NCBI GenBank assembly: GCA_963764165.1
Contig: CAVXRD010000002.1
Coordinates: 928,001-992,000, forward strand
From: an uncultured Verrucomicrobiae bacterium
GTDB lineage: Bacteria; Verrucomicrobiota; Verrucomicrobiia; Limisphaerales; Palsa-1400
Direction: 5' to 3'
DNA length: 64,000 nucleotides
Shown here: positions 48,916-59,329 of the stretch, piece after piece
Layout: each line of letters opens with the position of its first letter
How positions within the stretch are numbered: the first letter of the stretch is position 1
The notes under the pieces: model-generated
Databases searched by the model: none
What the model was told of the DNA's origin: nothing
The model's input: the letters and a program-made list of their open reading frames with translations, nothing else
Position numbers and translations under genes: made by a program

Positions 48916-50619
48916 TCAACCTGGCGGAGCGGAGGCATTTGGAGTTTGCTGTTTGCGAATGTTTGCGGAAAGCAGCACTTCGCCAGAGGGAACGTTGGGA
49001 GCAAGATGCATGACTTTCTGGGCAAAGCTCAGATCATTGTTCATCATCACAATGTGCTCGCATTGGTCCCCGCGCACGTCGAGGAACGTTTTGGCATCCG
49101 GCGGCGCCGTGCAGCTTCGGAGCGTCACTTCCTTGGATTGAATTATTTTCACGGTCGGCTGAAGGCCGGCTATGGCGGTGCATCGCATTTCCATAAATTC
49201 CACGCCGCGCACGTCTTCCATCATCACCGCCGGCCGCTCTTCCAGCGGTGAAAATCGAAAATCGATATCCTTTACCCGCAGGCCCCTTACGTGGCGCGCG
49301 TAAAGCCCCGCCGCCGGAAGCCGCCCAAACATGCGCGCCTCCGGGGACCCTTGGGGCGCTTCTGGAATGGACCGCCCCACCCACTCCGCCTTGCCCGCTT
49401 CCTGGCTGTCAATGCGAATTCCAGAAAGCGTAACGTCCTCCACGTTGTATCCGGGCAGTCCGCAGATGGAGCTCGTGCACATGGATGCTGTCGCGTAAAT
49501 GTTTTCAATCATCACGCCGCGCAATGTTCCGGCGCTGCCATCAGGCCGTTCTTTGCGCAATCCGCGCCGGATGAAAATCGGCGTTCGCGTTCGCTGCATG
49601 CGAATGTTGGAAATCAGCACCCCGTCGATCCATCCACCTTCAACCACTTCCAGTGCTATGCCGGCCACAACGCGCGCGGGAAGAGGAACTTCGTCATTGA
49701 AAATCACGGAATTGCTGAAGGTGACGTTTTCAAAACCGCCCCGTGTGGCGCCGCCAAATTTGAAGCCGTCGCCGCAGCATGAGAGCACACAATTTGTCAC
49801 TGTTATGTTCCGCGAAACCGCCACTTCCTCGCTGTAAGGATTTTCGCTCTTGAGGCAAATCGCGTCGTCACCCGTGTCAATCATGCAATCAGAAATAAAC
49901 ACGTTCTGGCTGCACGTCGGCGTGATGCCCGCCGTGCCTGGGCCAACGCCCGGATTTTTTATCGTGACGTGGTGGATGAAAACGCGATCGCACTGGATCG
50001 GACGGAGTGTCCAGCCGGGGGAATTTTCTATTCGGACATCCTCAATCCGAAGATGACGGCAATTGTAAAACTCCAGCAGCGGCGAAGCGCGCGGCAGCGG
50101 CTTCCAGTCGAACATTGCGACGTCCCGCCACGCCTCTTCTGGCGGAAGTGATTTGCGGAGGCTTGGCGTCCAAAACTTCCGGCCTTGCCCATCGATGCGG
50201 CCGGGGCCGGCGATGGTGATATTCTCGGCGTCGCGCGCGAAGATGAGATGTTTTTGACTGGAACCGGAATCCTGCTTCGCTACCGGGTTGGTTTCAAAGT
50301 CGTCAATGTTCGCGCTGGCCAGCAGCGTCGCTCCTGCTTCGAGATAAAAGGTGACGTTGCTTTGCAATTGAATCGTGCCGGAGAGATACGTTCCGGGCCC
50401 GAGGTAGACCGTCCCGCCGCCCGTTCCGTGGCACACGTTGACGGCCTGATTGATCGCTTTAGTGTCCAGCGTTTTGCCGTCGCCGAGCGCGCCGTAGGTG
50501 CGGACATCGAAGAGACGAAGTCCCGTGGTGGCGTCGGCGGCGGCTACTCTTGCCGCAGGCGCGATGGCCCCCGTGACGGCGAGCAGGCCGCTCATTTGGA
50601 GAAGTTGCCGTCGATTCAT
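48916..50619 (-). CDS. Tat-exported GH28-like beta-helix protein
   Basis: MNRRQLL Tat signal, YGALGDG, IDGQG, NSPGWT, TGDDAICLKS. Confidence 0.85.
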   Translation of the reverse strand: MNRRQLLQMSGLLAVTGAIAPAARVAAADATTGLRLFDVRTYGALGDGKTLDTKAINQAVNVCHGTGGGTVYLGPGTYLSGTIQLQSNVTFYLEAGATLLASANIDDFETNPVAKQDSGSSQKHLIFARDAENITIAGPGRIDGQGRKFWTPSLRKSLPPEEAWRDVAMFDWKPLPRASPLLEFYNCRHLRIEDVRIENSPGWTLRPIQCDRVFIHHVTIKNPGVGPGTAGITPTCSQNVFISDCMIDTGDDAICLKSENPYSEEVAVSRNITVTNCVLSCCGDGFKFGGATRGGFENVTFSNSVIFNDEVPLPARVVAGIALEVVEGGWIDGVLISNIRMQRTRTPIFIRRGLRKERPDGSAGTLRGVMIENIYATASMCTSSICGLPGYNVEDVTLSGIRIDSQEAGKAEWVGRSIPEAPQGSPEARMFGRLPAAGLYARHVRGLRVKDIDFRFSPLEERPAVMMEDVRGVEFMEMRCTAIAGLQPTVKIIQSKEVTLRSCTAPPDAKTFLDVRGDQCEHIVMMNNDLSFAQKVMHLAPNVPSGEVLLSANIRKQQTPNASAPPG

Positions 50620-50633
50620 CGGTGCGGACCATT

Positions 50634-52031
50634 CTACCTTCGCGCTCCCAAAGTTGCCAGCAGTTTATCATGAATGCCACCGAAACCGCCGTTGCTGAAA
50701 ACGCAAATCACATCCCCTCCCGCCGCAGCCTGGCGAAGGTGCGCGACGATGGCGTCGGCGTCGGGCAAATAGAAAGCCGTCTTCCCCGCCGCCTGGATGT
50801 CCTTCATCAGCTTCTGGGGATCGAGCCGCTCCTCGGGCTTGAGCAATTCCAAGCGCGCAATCTGCGACACCAGCACGGCATCCGCGTCGCGGAACGAGTC
50901 GGCCAATTCCTGCTGGAAGACATTGCGGCGGGTCGTATTGGAGCGCGGCTCAAAGATGGCCCAGATGCGGTGATTGGCGTAACGCATGCGCAGGGCCTTC
51001 AACGTCTCGCGAATCGCCGTGGGATGATGGCCAAAATCGTCAATCACCGTGATGCCACCGGCGATGCCGCGCACCTCCATGCGCCGCTTGACGCCCTTGA
51101 ACGTGTCGAACGCCGATTGGATTTGTTTGTTTGACAACCCCGCATGCTTCGCGCACGCAATAACCGCCAGGGCGTTGCGCACGTTGATTTCGCCGACGAG
51201 ATTGAGATGAAATTTGAAACTGGGAATTTCAAATTCGCTGGCCGTCGGCCCAAAACGAAGATTGAAAGCTTGAATGCTGTTGTCCGCTCCGAGGCCGAAA
51301 CGCTTGATGGGGCAATGCGTCACATTCAGCAGCGGCGCGAGATTGGGATCGTCGCCATTGGCGAACAATTGGCCGTTCCGCGGAATGAGCGTGATCAACC
51401 GCTTGAACGCCGTTTGAATCGCGCCCAGATTCTCAAAAATATCCGCGTGATCAAATTCGAGATTGTTGATGATGACGACTTCGGGAAGGTAATGGACGAA
51501 TTTGCTGCGCTTGTCAAAAAACGCGGTGTCGTATTCGTCGCCTTCGAGAATGAACCATTGGCTGTCGGTGAATCGCGCGCCCTCGCCAAAATTATTGGCC
51601 AGCCCGCCGATGAGAAAACTTGGCCGCAAACCGTTGTGCTCAAAAACCCAGGCCAGCAGCGAGGTGGTGGTGGTTTTGCCATGCGTGCCCGAGACCACGA
51701 TGGAACGCTTGCCGCGAATAAAAAATTCCTTCAACAATTCGGGCAGCGAGCAGTAGCGGATTTTCCTTTCCAGCACCACTTCCGCCTCGGGATTGCCGCG
51801 CGAAATCGCATTGCCAATGACCACGAGGTCCGGCTTGCCGTTGAGATTAGCCTCTGCGTATCCCTGCATGACATCGACTTTTTTGGAGGCGAGGAAAGTG
51901 GACATCGGCGGGTAAACATTCTGGTCGGAGCCCGTGACCGTGTATCCCTTTTCGCGCATGGCCGCCGCGACCGCGGCCATCGCCGTTCCGCCGACCCCGA
52001 CGAAATGAACAGATTTAATTTCAGCGAACAT
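50634..52031 (-). CDS. mpl: Murein peptide ligase Mpl
   Basis: GVGGTAM, VYPPMS, GTHGKTTT, EGDEYDTAFFDKRSKF, DDFGHHPT, EPRSNT, SNGGFGGIH. Confidence 0.93.
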   Translation of the reverse strand: MFAEIKSVHFVGVGGTAMAAVAAAMREKGYTVTGSDQNVYPPMSTFLASKKVDVMQGYAEANLNGKPDLVVIGNAISRGNPEAEVVLERKIRYCSLPELLKEFFIRGKRSIVVSGTHGKTTTTSLLAWVFEHNGLRPSFLIGGLANNFGEGARFTDSQWFILEGDEYDTAFFDKRSKFVHYLPEVVIINNLEFDHADIFENLGAIQTAFKRLITLIPRNGQLFANGDDPNLAPLLNVTHCPIKRFGLGADNSIQAFNLRFGPTASEFEIPSFKFHLNLVGEINVRNALAVIACAKHAGLSNKQIQSAFDTFKGVKRRMEVRGIAGGITVIDDFGHHPTAIRETLKALRMRYANHRIWAIFEPRSNTTRRNVFQQELADSFRDADAVLVSQIARLELLKPEERLDPQKLMKDIQAAGKTAFYLPDADAIVAHLRQAAAGGDVICVFSNGGFGGIHDKLLATLGARR

Positions 52032-52170
52032 GGCGACACATTATCCTGCCGCAGCCTTTCATTCAGTGATTTTTTCGCAAACAGGCGATAATTACCGGTT
52101 GCGTTCGGCAGGGCATGTGCTGGGAGCCATTTCGCAAGGCCAAGCGACAGCCGAGGGGTGAAATTGCATT

Positions 52171-52234
52171 TATGACATCGGAGTAAACTCCTTTATCGTC
52201 AAACCCCTTGCCGCCAAGCGATGACCGGAGTCGC
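52171..52234 (+). repeat. Non-coding copy of part of the response regulator gene (direct repeat of 56067-56131)
   Basis: TATGACATCGGAGT(A/G)AACTCCTT(T/C)ATCGTCAAACCCCTT...; 37 of the first 40 bases identical. Confidence 0.8.
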
Positions 52235-52257
52235 CGTGTCAATGGCTTCAGCCAGCG

Positions 52258-53508
52258 TTATCGCTTCAGGATTTCGTCGATTTCGATGTGGCCTGTCGGA
52301 AATTTGACGCCGTCCAACGGGCTTCCGGCGTCGATGAGAAGCTGGACAACGCGGGGGAAGTTGCCCTCGGGATGGCGCTTCTCCACAAGGCAATCGTGCA
52401 GAGCCCAGCCCAACGCGGTTGCTTTGTAAGTTGGGTCGACGAGGCCGGTCGGATGGCCGCGATTCAAAAGCAGTTCAACGAGATCAGCGTGGCCGGCCCA
52501 TGCGGCGTTATGCAACGGTGTGAAACCGTAGACCGGTGTGGTCTGCGCGACAGGGAAGCCGAGGTCCAGCATCAGCCGCACTGCCTCGTAATCCAGATTT
52601 GTCTCCCAGCAATACCGCGGCAGCAATTCCAAATCGTCGCCTAAAAGCGTTCCCACCAGCCCGGGATTCCGCGCGAGGATTGACTCCGCCTGCTCGCGCC
52701 GCGCTAGAACGCAGCAAACGAGGAATTGAGTCGTCGTGTCGCTCTGGTCAAAGAAACATTGAAACAAATCTCCATGCCCATTTTTCAGCGCGATTTGGTG
52801 CGGGTAGCTGTTAAAGCCCAGCGTCCATTGGTAGATTGTCCCGCCACGGCCCTTGTAGCCGAGCGCCGGAAACTCGCTTCCCTTTCCGATGCGGCTCGCA
52901 AGGCAGCCCCGGTCCGCCGCGATGAGCCTTTCCGACAGGGCGCGATCGCCAAGAGCGGCGGCGAGGAAAATGTCCGGCGCAGCGCCTTGGTCCAAAAGCC
53001 AGCGCGATACTTCGGGCGTGTCACCAATGAGCCATTGCGCCGGGGTCGAGTCGTGGTCGTCATCGCGGGTGTCCAACCGCGCGCCGCGCCCGACAAGGAA
53101 CTGGGCTGTGGGAACATCGCGCGAAAAATGCAGCGGCCTGCATCCATCGCAGCCCTTGGCCTCGATCAGCGCCGGATCGGCGTTGAGAAATTCCTCGAGA
53201 TGGTCCAGCAATCCGAGGGCAGCCGCCGCGTGAACCGTCAGAACCGCGCTGCGTTCAACCAAGTATCTCGCCACCGAAGCCTCAATATGTCTCGCGTGAA
53301 GGCCGTTCTCCCACCATTTGCTGACAACCGAAACGTCAGCGCCCAACCCAAGCAATCGCTCCGCCATGTCAATGCTGCGAGCAGCAGCGAGGGGCGGGCA
53401 GCGACCGCCGCCGTTCAAAAGATCCACTCTGCCCGTCGCGAGACGCGCCGCGGCAGCCACATCGTCCGACTCAATAGCGCGGACAAGTTCCGAGGCGATG
53501 TCAGCCAT
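52258..53508 (-). CDS. Ankyrin repeat protein
   Basis: GCRPLH, GFTPLHNAAWAGH..LVELLL.RG, ATALGWA. Confidence 0.85.
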   Translation of the reverse strand: MADIASELVRAIESDDVAAAARLATGRVDLLNGGGRCPPLAAARSIDMAERLLGLGADVSVVSKWWENGLHARHIEASVARYLVERSAVLTVHAAAALGLLDHLEEFLNADPALIEAKGCDGCRPLHFSRDVPTAQFLVGRGARLDTRDDDHDSTPAQWLIGDTPEVSRWLLDQGAAPDIFLAAALGDRALSERLIAADRGCLASRIGKGSEFPALGYKGRGGTIYQWTLGFNSYPHQIALKNGHGDLFQCFFDQSDTTTQFLVCCVLARREQAESILARNPGLVGTLLGDDLELLPRYCWETNLDYEAVRLMLDLGFPVAQTTPVYGFTPLHNAAWAGHADLVELLLNRGHPTGLVDPTYKATALGWALHDCLVEKRHPEGNFPRVVQLLIDAGSPLDGVKFPTGHIEIDEILKR

Positions 53509-53778
53509 GGGACTAGCTTATCCATCCGTTTGCAATTCCACAACCTAAACCAAAACAAAGGTGTCCGGCGTCTTCGGGTTATGGAGAATGGGGAAAACAC
53601 CCCAATCTAATAAGTTCGCATGCCTTCAGAAAATGGGTGAATCTCCAAACGTGAGGTCCAAAACACGCGCGCAGGATATTTCGGTTTGCCGGTTGCGGCT
53701 GTTGAGAAAATGGGCCATATCCTTAACGTGCCAAACGTGCTCGCAAGTTCAAGCGATGGTGCTCCTGCATCTGGCCTA

Positions 53779-54601
53779 GGGCCTGTTAACACTAACGTAA
53801 CGCCTCCACGATGAGCGCGAGGACGACGAATCCGGAGTACAACGCATCCAATTTGTCGAAGCGACTGAAGACTCGGCGGTAGCTTTTGAGTCGGCGAAAA
53901 AGCCGTTCAATCTCATTGCGGCGTCGGTAAAGGGTTTGGTCATACTCCCACGGATTTAAGCGTCGGGGGTTAGGAGGAACCACTGGAGCGTAGCCCAATT
54001 CCCGCGCCTGTTGCAGAGTCTCGTCCCCTTCATAGGCGCTGTCCATGATGAGTGGAAGCCCTGCCGGAACCGGCCCGCCCGCCTGCAAAAGCTCGCGTCC
54101 TTGCGGCGCGTCCCCCGCCTGGCCGGGGGAAAGCTTGAGCATTAAGGCGCACTGGGCATTCGCGGCAACCAGATGAATTTTGGTGGTGCAACCGCCTCGG
54201 GAGCGCCCGATGGCCTGTGGGCCGTTTTTTTTAGCGCCCCGGTGCCGTCGGGGTGAACCTTGATCGTCGTGCTGTCCAAGCAGACTTGCTCGATCCGGAT
54301 CGCCAGGATTTGCTCCTGCTGGAGCCGGGCGAAGACTCGATCCAGCACGCCCGCTTTGCTCCAGCGGTTCATGCGGGTGTAGATCGTATGCCAGTTGCCA
54401 AAATGTTTTGGCAGGCCGCGCCATTTGCACCCATGCTCCACCACATAGAGCAGGGCGTTGAGAAGTTGCAGATTGGTCATGCTCACGTTGCCGCGCTGCC
54501 GCGGCAGACAATCAGCAACCCGCTGATATTGACTCTCTGTAAGCTCCACCCAGCCATTTTGCCTTGTCGCCTATAAAATGTCAATTAGTGTTAACAGGCC
54601 C
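53779..54601 (-). mobile_element. IS5 family (IS427 group) insertion sequence, ~822 bp
   Basis: Perfect 17-bp TIRs GGGCCTGTTAACACTAA, flanked by TA within a CTAG target. Confidence 0.93.
53792..54549 (-). CDS. IS5 family transposase, two ORFs joined by a -1 frameshift
   Basis: OrfA (GCKWRGLP..FG.W.TIY.R..RW; LDST) and OrfB (IGRSRGG.TTKIH, DSAY, YRRRNEIERLF) overlap at an A8 run at 54225-54232. Confidence 0.9.
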
Positions 54602-55745
54602 TAGTTTGCATAAGCGAAGAGTCCTTTCGAAGGATCGCCGAGGCAATTCCGGGTATAGCCGCTGTGTTTGACACTCAAGGCCGCTGCAGCTATGCCAATG
54701 CCGAATGGGATGAATATATCGGCGCCAAGGCTGGCGCCACCGATGGAGAGGGCTTGTTCGGCTTTGTCCATCCTGACGATCTTGCCAGCTTCATGGCGGA
54801 GTGCCGCCGAGGCAGTGAGTCCGGGGCAAGACTCGATATCGAGTTTCGATTGCGCGGCAAAGACCAGAATTATCGGTGGCATCGATTCCGCGCCGTCCCG
54901 ATCCAGGCGAGCCAAAGTGATGCAACGCAGTGGCTTGGAGTGGGGATAGATATCGAGAACGAGAAACGAAACCAAAGCAAAGGCGCGGAAGTTCAAATCG
55001 AATTAAACCGCACCAAAGATGAGCTGGAAAAGACCGTGGCGGAGCGAACTCACCAACTGGAGGACGTCGTCGAGCAACTGGAAGCATTTGCTTACAGCAT
55101 TGCGCACGACATGCGCGCTCCCCTGCGCGCCATGCATCAGTATGCCCAAATAGTCGCCAACGACTTTTCGGCGGAAGTGCCGCCAGACGCGCGCCCTTAC
55201 TTGAACAAAATCATGGCGGCTTCGGAAAAACTTGATTTTCTCATCCGGGAAGTTCTTGTTTACACGCGGGTGTCGCAAGGCCGCATGGAAATGGCGCCGA
55301 TAAGCCTTGAAAGATTATTGTCTGAGATTCTGGTAATGTATCCACAATTGAATTCACCCGATATCGAACTAAATGCCGTGCTGCCACTCCATCCCGTCAT
55401 TGCCGATGAAACGGCTTTGACGCAGGTTTTTTCAAATTTGCTTTCCAACGCGGTGAAATTTATTGGGACAGACCGCAAACCCCGGGTGAAAATCTGGACG
55501 GAGGCAAAAGGAGAAGTGGTGCGAATTTTTATCAGCGATAACGGAATCGGCATCCCTCAGCGCGATCAAAATCGGATTTTCAAAATGTTCGAGCGCCTGC
55601 AGCCTGAATCCAAATATGAGGGCAGCGGAATCGGCCTGACAATTGTGCGAAGGGCGGTCGAACGCATGGGAGGGAAGATCGGAGTGGAATCAGCCGAAGG
55701 ACTAGGCAGCACCTTTTGGATCGAACTTAGGAAAGGAGATGCGCC

Positions 55746-56243
55746 TTGAATCCCGCGCCGATTCTCCACGTGGAAGATAATGAAGACGATCAATTCTTCC
55801 TGAAACGCGCCTTCGCGGCGGCTGGCATCGAGAACGCAATTCATATCGTGAGCGATGGCAATAAGGCCCTTGATTATTTGTCGGCGAAGGAACCCTACGC
55901 AGACCGGCAGCAATACCCGGCGCCCTGTCTCATCGTCTTGGACTTGAACCTTCCCAAGCTGCATGGACTGGAAGTATTGAAATGGATTCGCGGGCATAAG
56001 GAATTCAAATCTGTCGTGGTCGTGATTCTCAGCTCGTCCCCATTGAGAAATGACGTCGATATCGCCTATGACATCGGAGTGAACTCCTTCATCGTCAAAC
56101 CCCTTACCGCCGACCAGATGACCAGAGTCGCGCGTTTGATTAAAGAGTATTGGCTTGAGACGAACGAATTCCCTTCAGTTTGTCATCTGCAGAAACCGCC
56201 GGATTATTTTGGAGTGAAGCCGCCCCGGCGCTTTGAGGCCTGA
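55746..56243 (+). CDS. Single-domain response regulator (Rcp1-like)
   Basis: VEDNEDD, LDLNLPK, VVILSSS, NSFIVKP; overlaps the kinase stop. Confidence 0.9.
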   Translation: MNPAPILHVEDNEDDQFFLKRAFAAAGIENAIHIVSDGNKALDYLSAKEPYADRQQYPAPCLIVLDLNLPKLHGLEVLKWIRGHKEFKSVVVVILSSSPLRNDVDIAYDIGVNSFIVKPLTADQMTRVARLIKEYWLETNEFPSVCHLQKPPDYFGVKPPRRFEA

Positions 56244-56479
56244 CCCCTGCCTGATGATTGAGTTTCATCGGCTCAAAACAACCTGCGTTGTTCTGCGCAA
56301 ATCTGCGGCTCACCATTTCAGGCCGCGAACGATATGTCTTGCTTCGCGCTGTCCCGATTTGCGTCGGGTTCATGGTCTGCCAATTCGCCGGGATCAAAGG
56401 CGGCCTGCTGCTTCACTCGGCTGCCGCCAGCGCCCCGCGACGATGGCAAACGACTTAACTTGGCAAAGAGGGTGTGGCA

Positions 56480-57361
56480 TTATCCCATCGCCATGGCGGC
56501 GCTGGAGATTTCGAGCAATTCCTTCGTGATGTTCGCCTGGCGGAGCTTGTTGTATTCAAGGGTTAGATCCTTGATGAATTGCTTCGCGTTGTCGGTGGCG
56601 TTTTTCATGGCCACCATTCGGGCGCTGTGCTCGCTGGCTTTGGCTTCGAGGAGTATCTGGTAGACTTGGAAATTCAGGCTGTGCGGCAGCAAGGCTCCCA
56701 AAACGGTTTCCTGGCTGGGCTCGAAAAGGTATTCGCCGTTCTTGCCGTCTGCGGCGGGAATCTGCACTTCGGGCTTAACACCGATGCCAGCAGTGACTTG
56801 TTTGATTTCCGCCACGGGCAGCAACTGCCTCACTTCGGGTTTTTGCACCAAAGTGGAAACATACTGCGTGAATACAATATCCACTGCGCCCACTTCGCCC
56901 TTTAGGAATAGGTCCTGGGCGAATTTGGAAATGGCGCGGGCCTCCTCGAACAACGGGGCGTCCTTGTAGCTGAATTCGGCCACCATTTTGCGCTTGGTGC
57001 GGGCGAGAAATTGCGATGCTTTGCGGCCTGCGGAAATGAATTGCGTATCCGGGCCGAACTTGGCGGCTTCACGCATCAAGTTGGTGTTCAAACCGCCACA
57101 CAAACCCTTGTCCGTGCTGATGACGATGACGCAGCGGGCCGGATTGTCATTGGTCTCGAGGAAAGAATGGGTGAAGTCGCGCGATTCTCCCACCAGCGAG
57201 CCGAGCACCTTGTTCATCAGGTTGGCGTAAGGACGCCCGGCCAAGGCCGCTTGCTGGGCTTTGCGCATCTTGGACGCCGCCACCATCTGCATGGCCTTGG
57301 TGATCTGGGCGGTGTTCTTGACCGACTTGATGCGCCGGCGGATGTCGCGTGTGCTGGGCAT
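56480..57361 (-). CDS. atpG: ATP synthase F1 gamma subunit
   Basis: ITKAMQMVAASK, DKGLCG, SEHSARMVAM, RQANITKEL. Confidence 0.97.
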   Translation of the reverse strand: MPSTRDIRRRIKSVKNTAQITKAMQMVAASKMRKAQQAALAGRPYANLMNKVLGSLVGESRDFTHSFLETNDNPARCVIVISTDKGLCGGLNTNLMREAAKFGPDTQFISAGRKASQFLARTKRKMVAEFSYKDAPLFEEARAISKFAQDLFLKGEVGAVDIVFTQYVSTLVQKPEVRQLLPVAEIKQVTAGIGVKPEVQIPAADGKNGEYLFEPSQETVLGALLPHSLNFQVYQILLEAKASEHSARMVAMKNATDNAKQFIKDLTLEYNKLRQANITKELLEISSAAMAMG

Positions 57362-57367
57362 GGCCTC

Positions 57368-58900
57368 TTAGCGGTAAGTTTGCTTGAATTCCGTCACCGC
57401 CGCCTTCAACTCTGCCGCCAGGGTGTCATTGATGGCTTTTTCCTTGCGCACTTTGTCCATCACAGCCGACTTGCGGCTTGTCAAATACTCGGTCAACTTG
57501 GCTTGAAAATCCTTGATCTTCTCGACCGGGACGTCGTCCACGAAGTTGTTCTGCACGGACCACAAAATCGCGGCTTGGACTTCCACCGGGATCGGGTTGT
57601 ATTGCGGCTGCTTAAAAATTTCGACGATGCGTTTGCCACGCTCCAATTGCGCCTGCGTTTTGGCGTCGAGATCGGAGCCGAATTGGGCGAACGCGGCCAA
57701 TTCGCGGAATTGGGCCAGCTCCAGCTTAATACGACCGGACACCTGTTTCATCGCCTTGATCTGCGCGGCGGAGCCGACGCGTGAGACAGACAGACCGACC
57801 GAGATGGCGGGACGAATGCCTTGGTAGAACAAGTCTGTTTCGAGGTAAATCTGGCCGTCGGTAATCGAAATGACGTTGGTCGGAATGTAGGCCGAGACGT
57901 CGCCCGCTTGCGTTTCAATGATCGGCAGGGCGGTCAGAGAGCCATTGCCGTATTTCTCGCTGACGCGAGCGGAACGTTCGAGCAAGCGGCTGTGCAAATA
58001 GAAAACGTCACCCGGATAGGCTTCGCGGCCCGACGGACGCTTCAACACGAGTGAAACTTGGCGATAGGCGACGGCGTGCTTGGAGAGATCGTCATAGATG
58101 ATCAGCGCATCCATGCCGTTATCCATGAACCATTCACCCATTGCGCAACCGGCGAACGGAGCGAGATATTGGTTGGTGGCGGAATCCGAAGCGCTGGCGC
58201 TGACGATGATCGTGTAAGGCATCGCACCGGCTTCTTCGAGAACGGCGATGACGCGGGCCACATTCGATTGCTTTTGGCCGACGGCGACGTAAACGCAATA
58301 CAGCGGGCGATAGCTCGCATCCTTGGCCACTTCCGCCGCTTTATTCTGGCGGGCCTGGCTGATGATGGTGTCAACGCCGATCGTCGTCTTGCCGGTGGAA
58401 CGGTCGCCGATGATCAATTCGCGCTGGCCGCGGCCAATCGGAATCATCGCGTCGACGGCCATAATGCCGGTTTGCACGGGCTGGCTGACGGATTTGCGTT
58501 TGACAATTCCCGGCGCGATTTTTTCGACCGGGTAGCTAAATTCTGTGGTGATCGGGCCTTTGCCGTCGACAGGCTGGCCGAGCGCATTGACCACGCGGCC
58601 AAGCAGCGCCTTGCCAACGGGCACTTGGAGCAATTTGCCGGTCGTCTTGACTTCCTGGCCTTCTTTAATGGCAGTGTAGTCACCGAGGATAATCGCGCCG
58701 ACTTCCGTTTCTTCAAGGTTCAGCGCGAGGCCGACGATGCCGTCGCCGAAGTCGAGCATCTCGTTAAGCATCGCGTCGGAAAGGCCTTCGATCTTGGCCA
58801 CGCCGTCGCCGATTTCGCGGACGGTGCCGACGTTTTGGCGGGTGACGCCGGTTTTCAGGCCCGAAATCTGGGCTTCAATCTCTTGCAACAGTGTACTCAT
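57368..58900 (-). CDS. atpA: ATP synthase F1 alpha subunit
   Basis: [29 protein letters not shown]; start MSTLL. Confidence 0.97.
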   Translation of the reverse strand: MSTLLQEIEAQISGLKTGVTRQNVGTVREIGDGVAKIEGLSDAMLNEMLDFGDGIVGLALNLEETEVGAIILGDYTAIKEGQEVKTTGKLLQVPVGKALLGRVVNALGQPVDGKGPITTEFSYPVEKIAPGIVKRKSVSQPVQTGIMAVDAMIPIGRGQRELIIGDRSTGKTTIGVDTIISQARQNKAAEVAKDASYRPLYCVYVAVGQKQSNVARVIAVLEEAGAMPYTIIVSASASDSATNQYLAPFAGCAMGEWFMDNGMDALIIYDDLSKHAVAYRQVSLVLKRPSGREAYPGDVFYLHSRLLERSARVSEKYGNGSLTALPIIETQAGDVSAYIPTNVISITDGQIYLETDLFYQGIRPAISVGLSVSRVGSAAQIKAMKQVSGRIKLELAQFRELAAFAQFGSDLDAKTQAQLERGKRIVEIFKQPQYNPIPVEVQAAILWSVQNNFVDDVPVEKIKDFQAKLTEYLTSRKSAVMDKVRKEKAINDTLAAELKAAVTEFKQTYR

Positions 58901-58919
58901 AAATATCTGGTTGGTTAGC

Positions 58920-59312
58920 TCAGGCCAATTGCTGCAACGCCGCAAGCCGTCCTTGCACGCTGCCATTGTAAACATCACCGCCCACCTGGATGCGGACGCC
59001 GCCAATCAAGGCGGAATTTTGAACGAAGTTGAAGCTTAGCCCCTGCCCGTATTGTTTGGTCAAATCGCCTTGGATGCGGGCCTGTTCCTCCGGGCGGAGA
59101 GCCGTGGCGCTTTCAATCGTCGCCGTGCGGCGGGCGATTTCGAGGCGCACGAGCCGTTCGAAGTGCGACAGAATGGCCACGTAGCCGCGCGGTTTGCCTT
59201 GGACGACGGCGGCCAGCGCTTTGCGGGCGCGGGATTCGTCGAGGCCATCGTTCACCATGCAGGTGCGGAATAATTCGCGGGCGTCGCGGCGGGCTTGTTT
59301 CGTGATTTTCAT
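58920..59312 (-). CDS. atpH: ATP synthase delta subunit (short form)
   Basis: Operon position; [17 protein letters not shown]. Confidence 0.9.
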   Translation of the reverse strand: MKITKQARRDARELFRTCMVNDGLDESRARKALAAVVQGKPRGYVAILSHFERLVRLEIARRTATIESATALRPEEQARIQGDLTKQYGQGLSFNFVQNSALIGGVRIQVGGDVYNGSVQGRLAALQQLA

Positions 59313-59329
59313 CCCCGATGCTTATCGCA

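Larger units (their letters stand above)
53710..55749 (+). pseudogene. PAS sensor histidine kinase interrupted near its 5' end by the IS
   Basis: Removing the IS gives the continuous frame MGHILNVPNVLASSSDGAPASG-LVCISEESFRRIAEAIP...; AHDMRAPL, NLLSNAVKF, GSGIGL. Confidence 0.85.
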
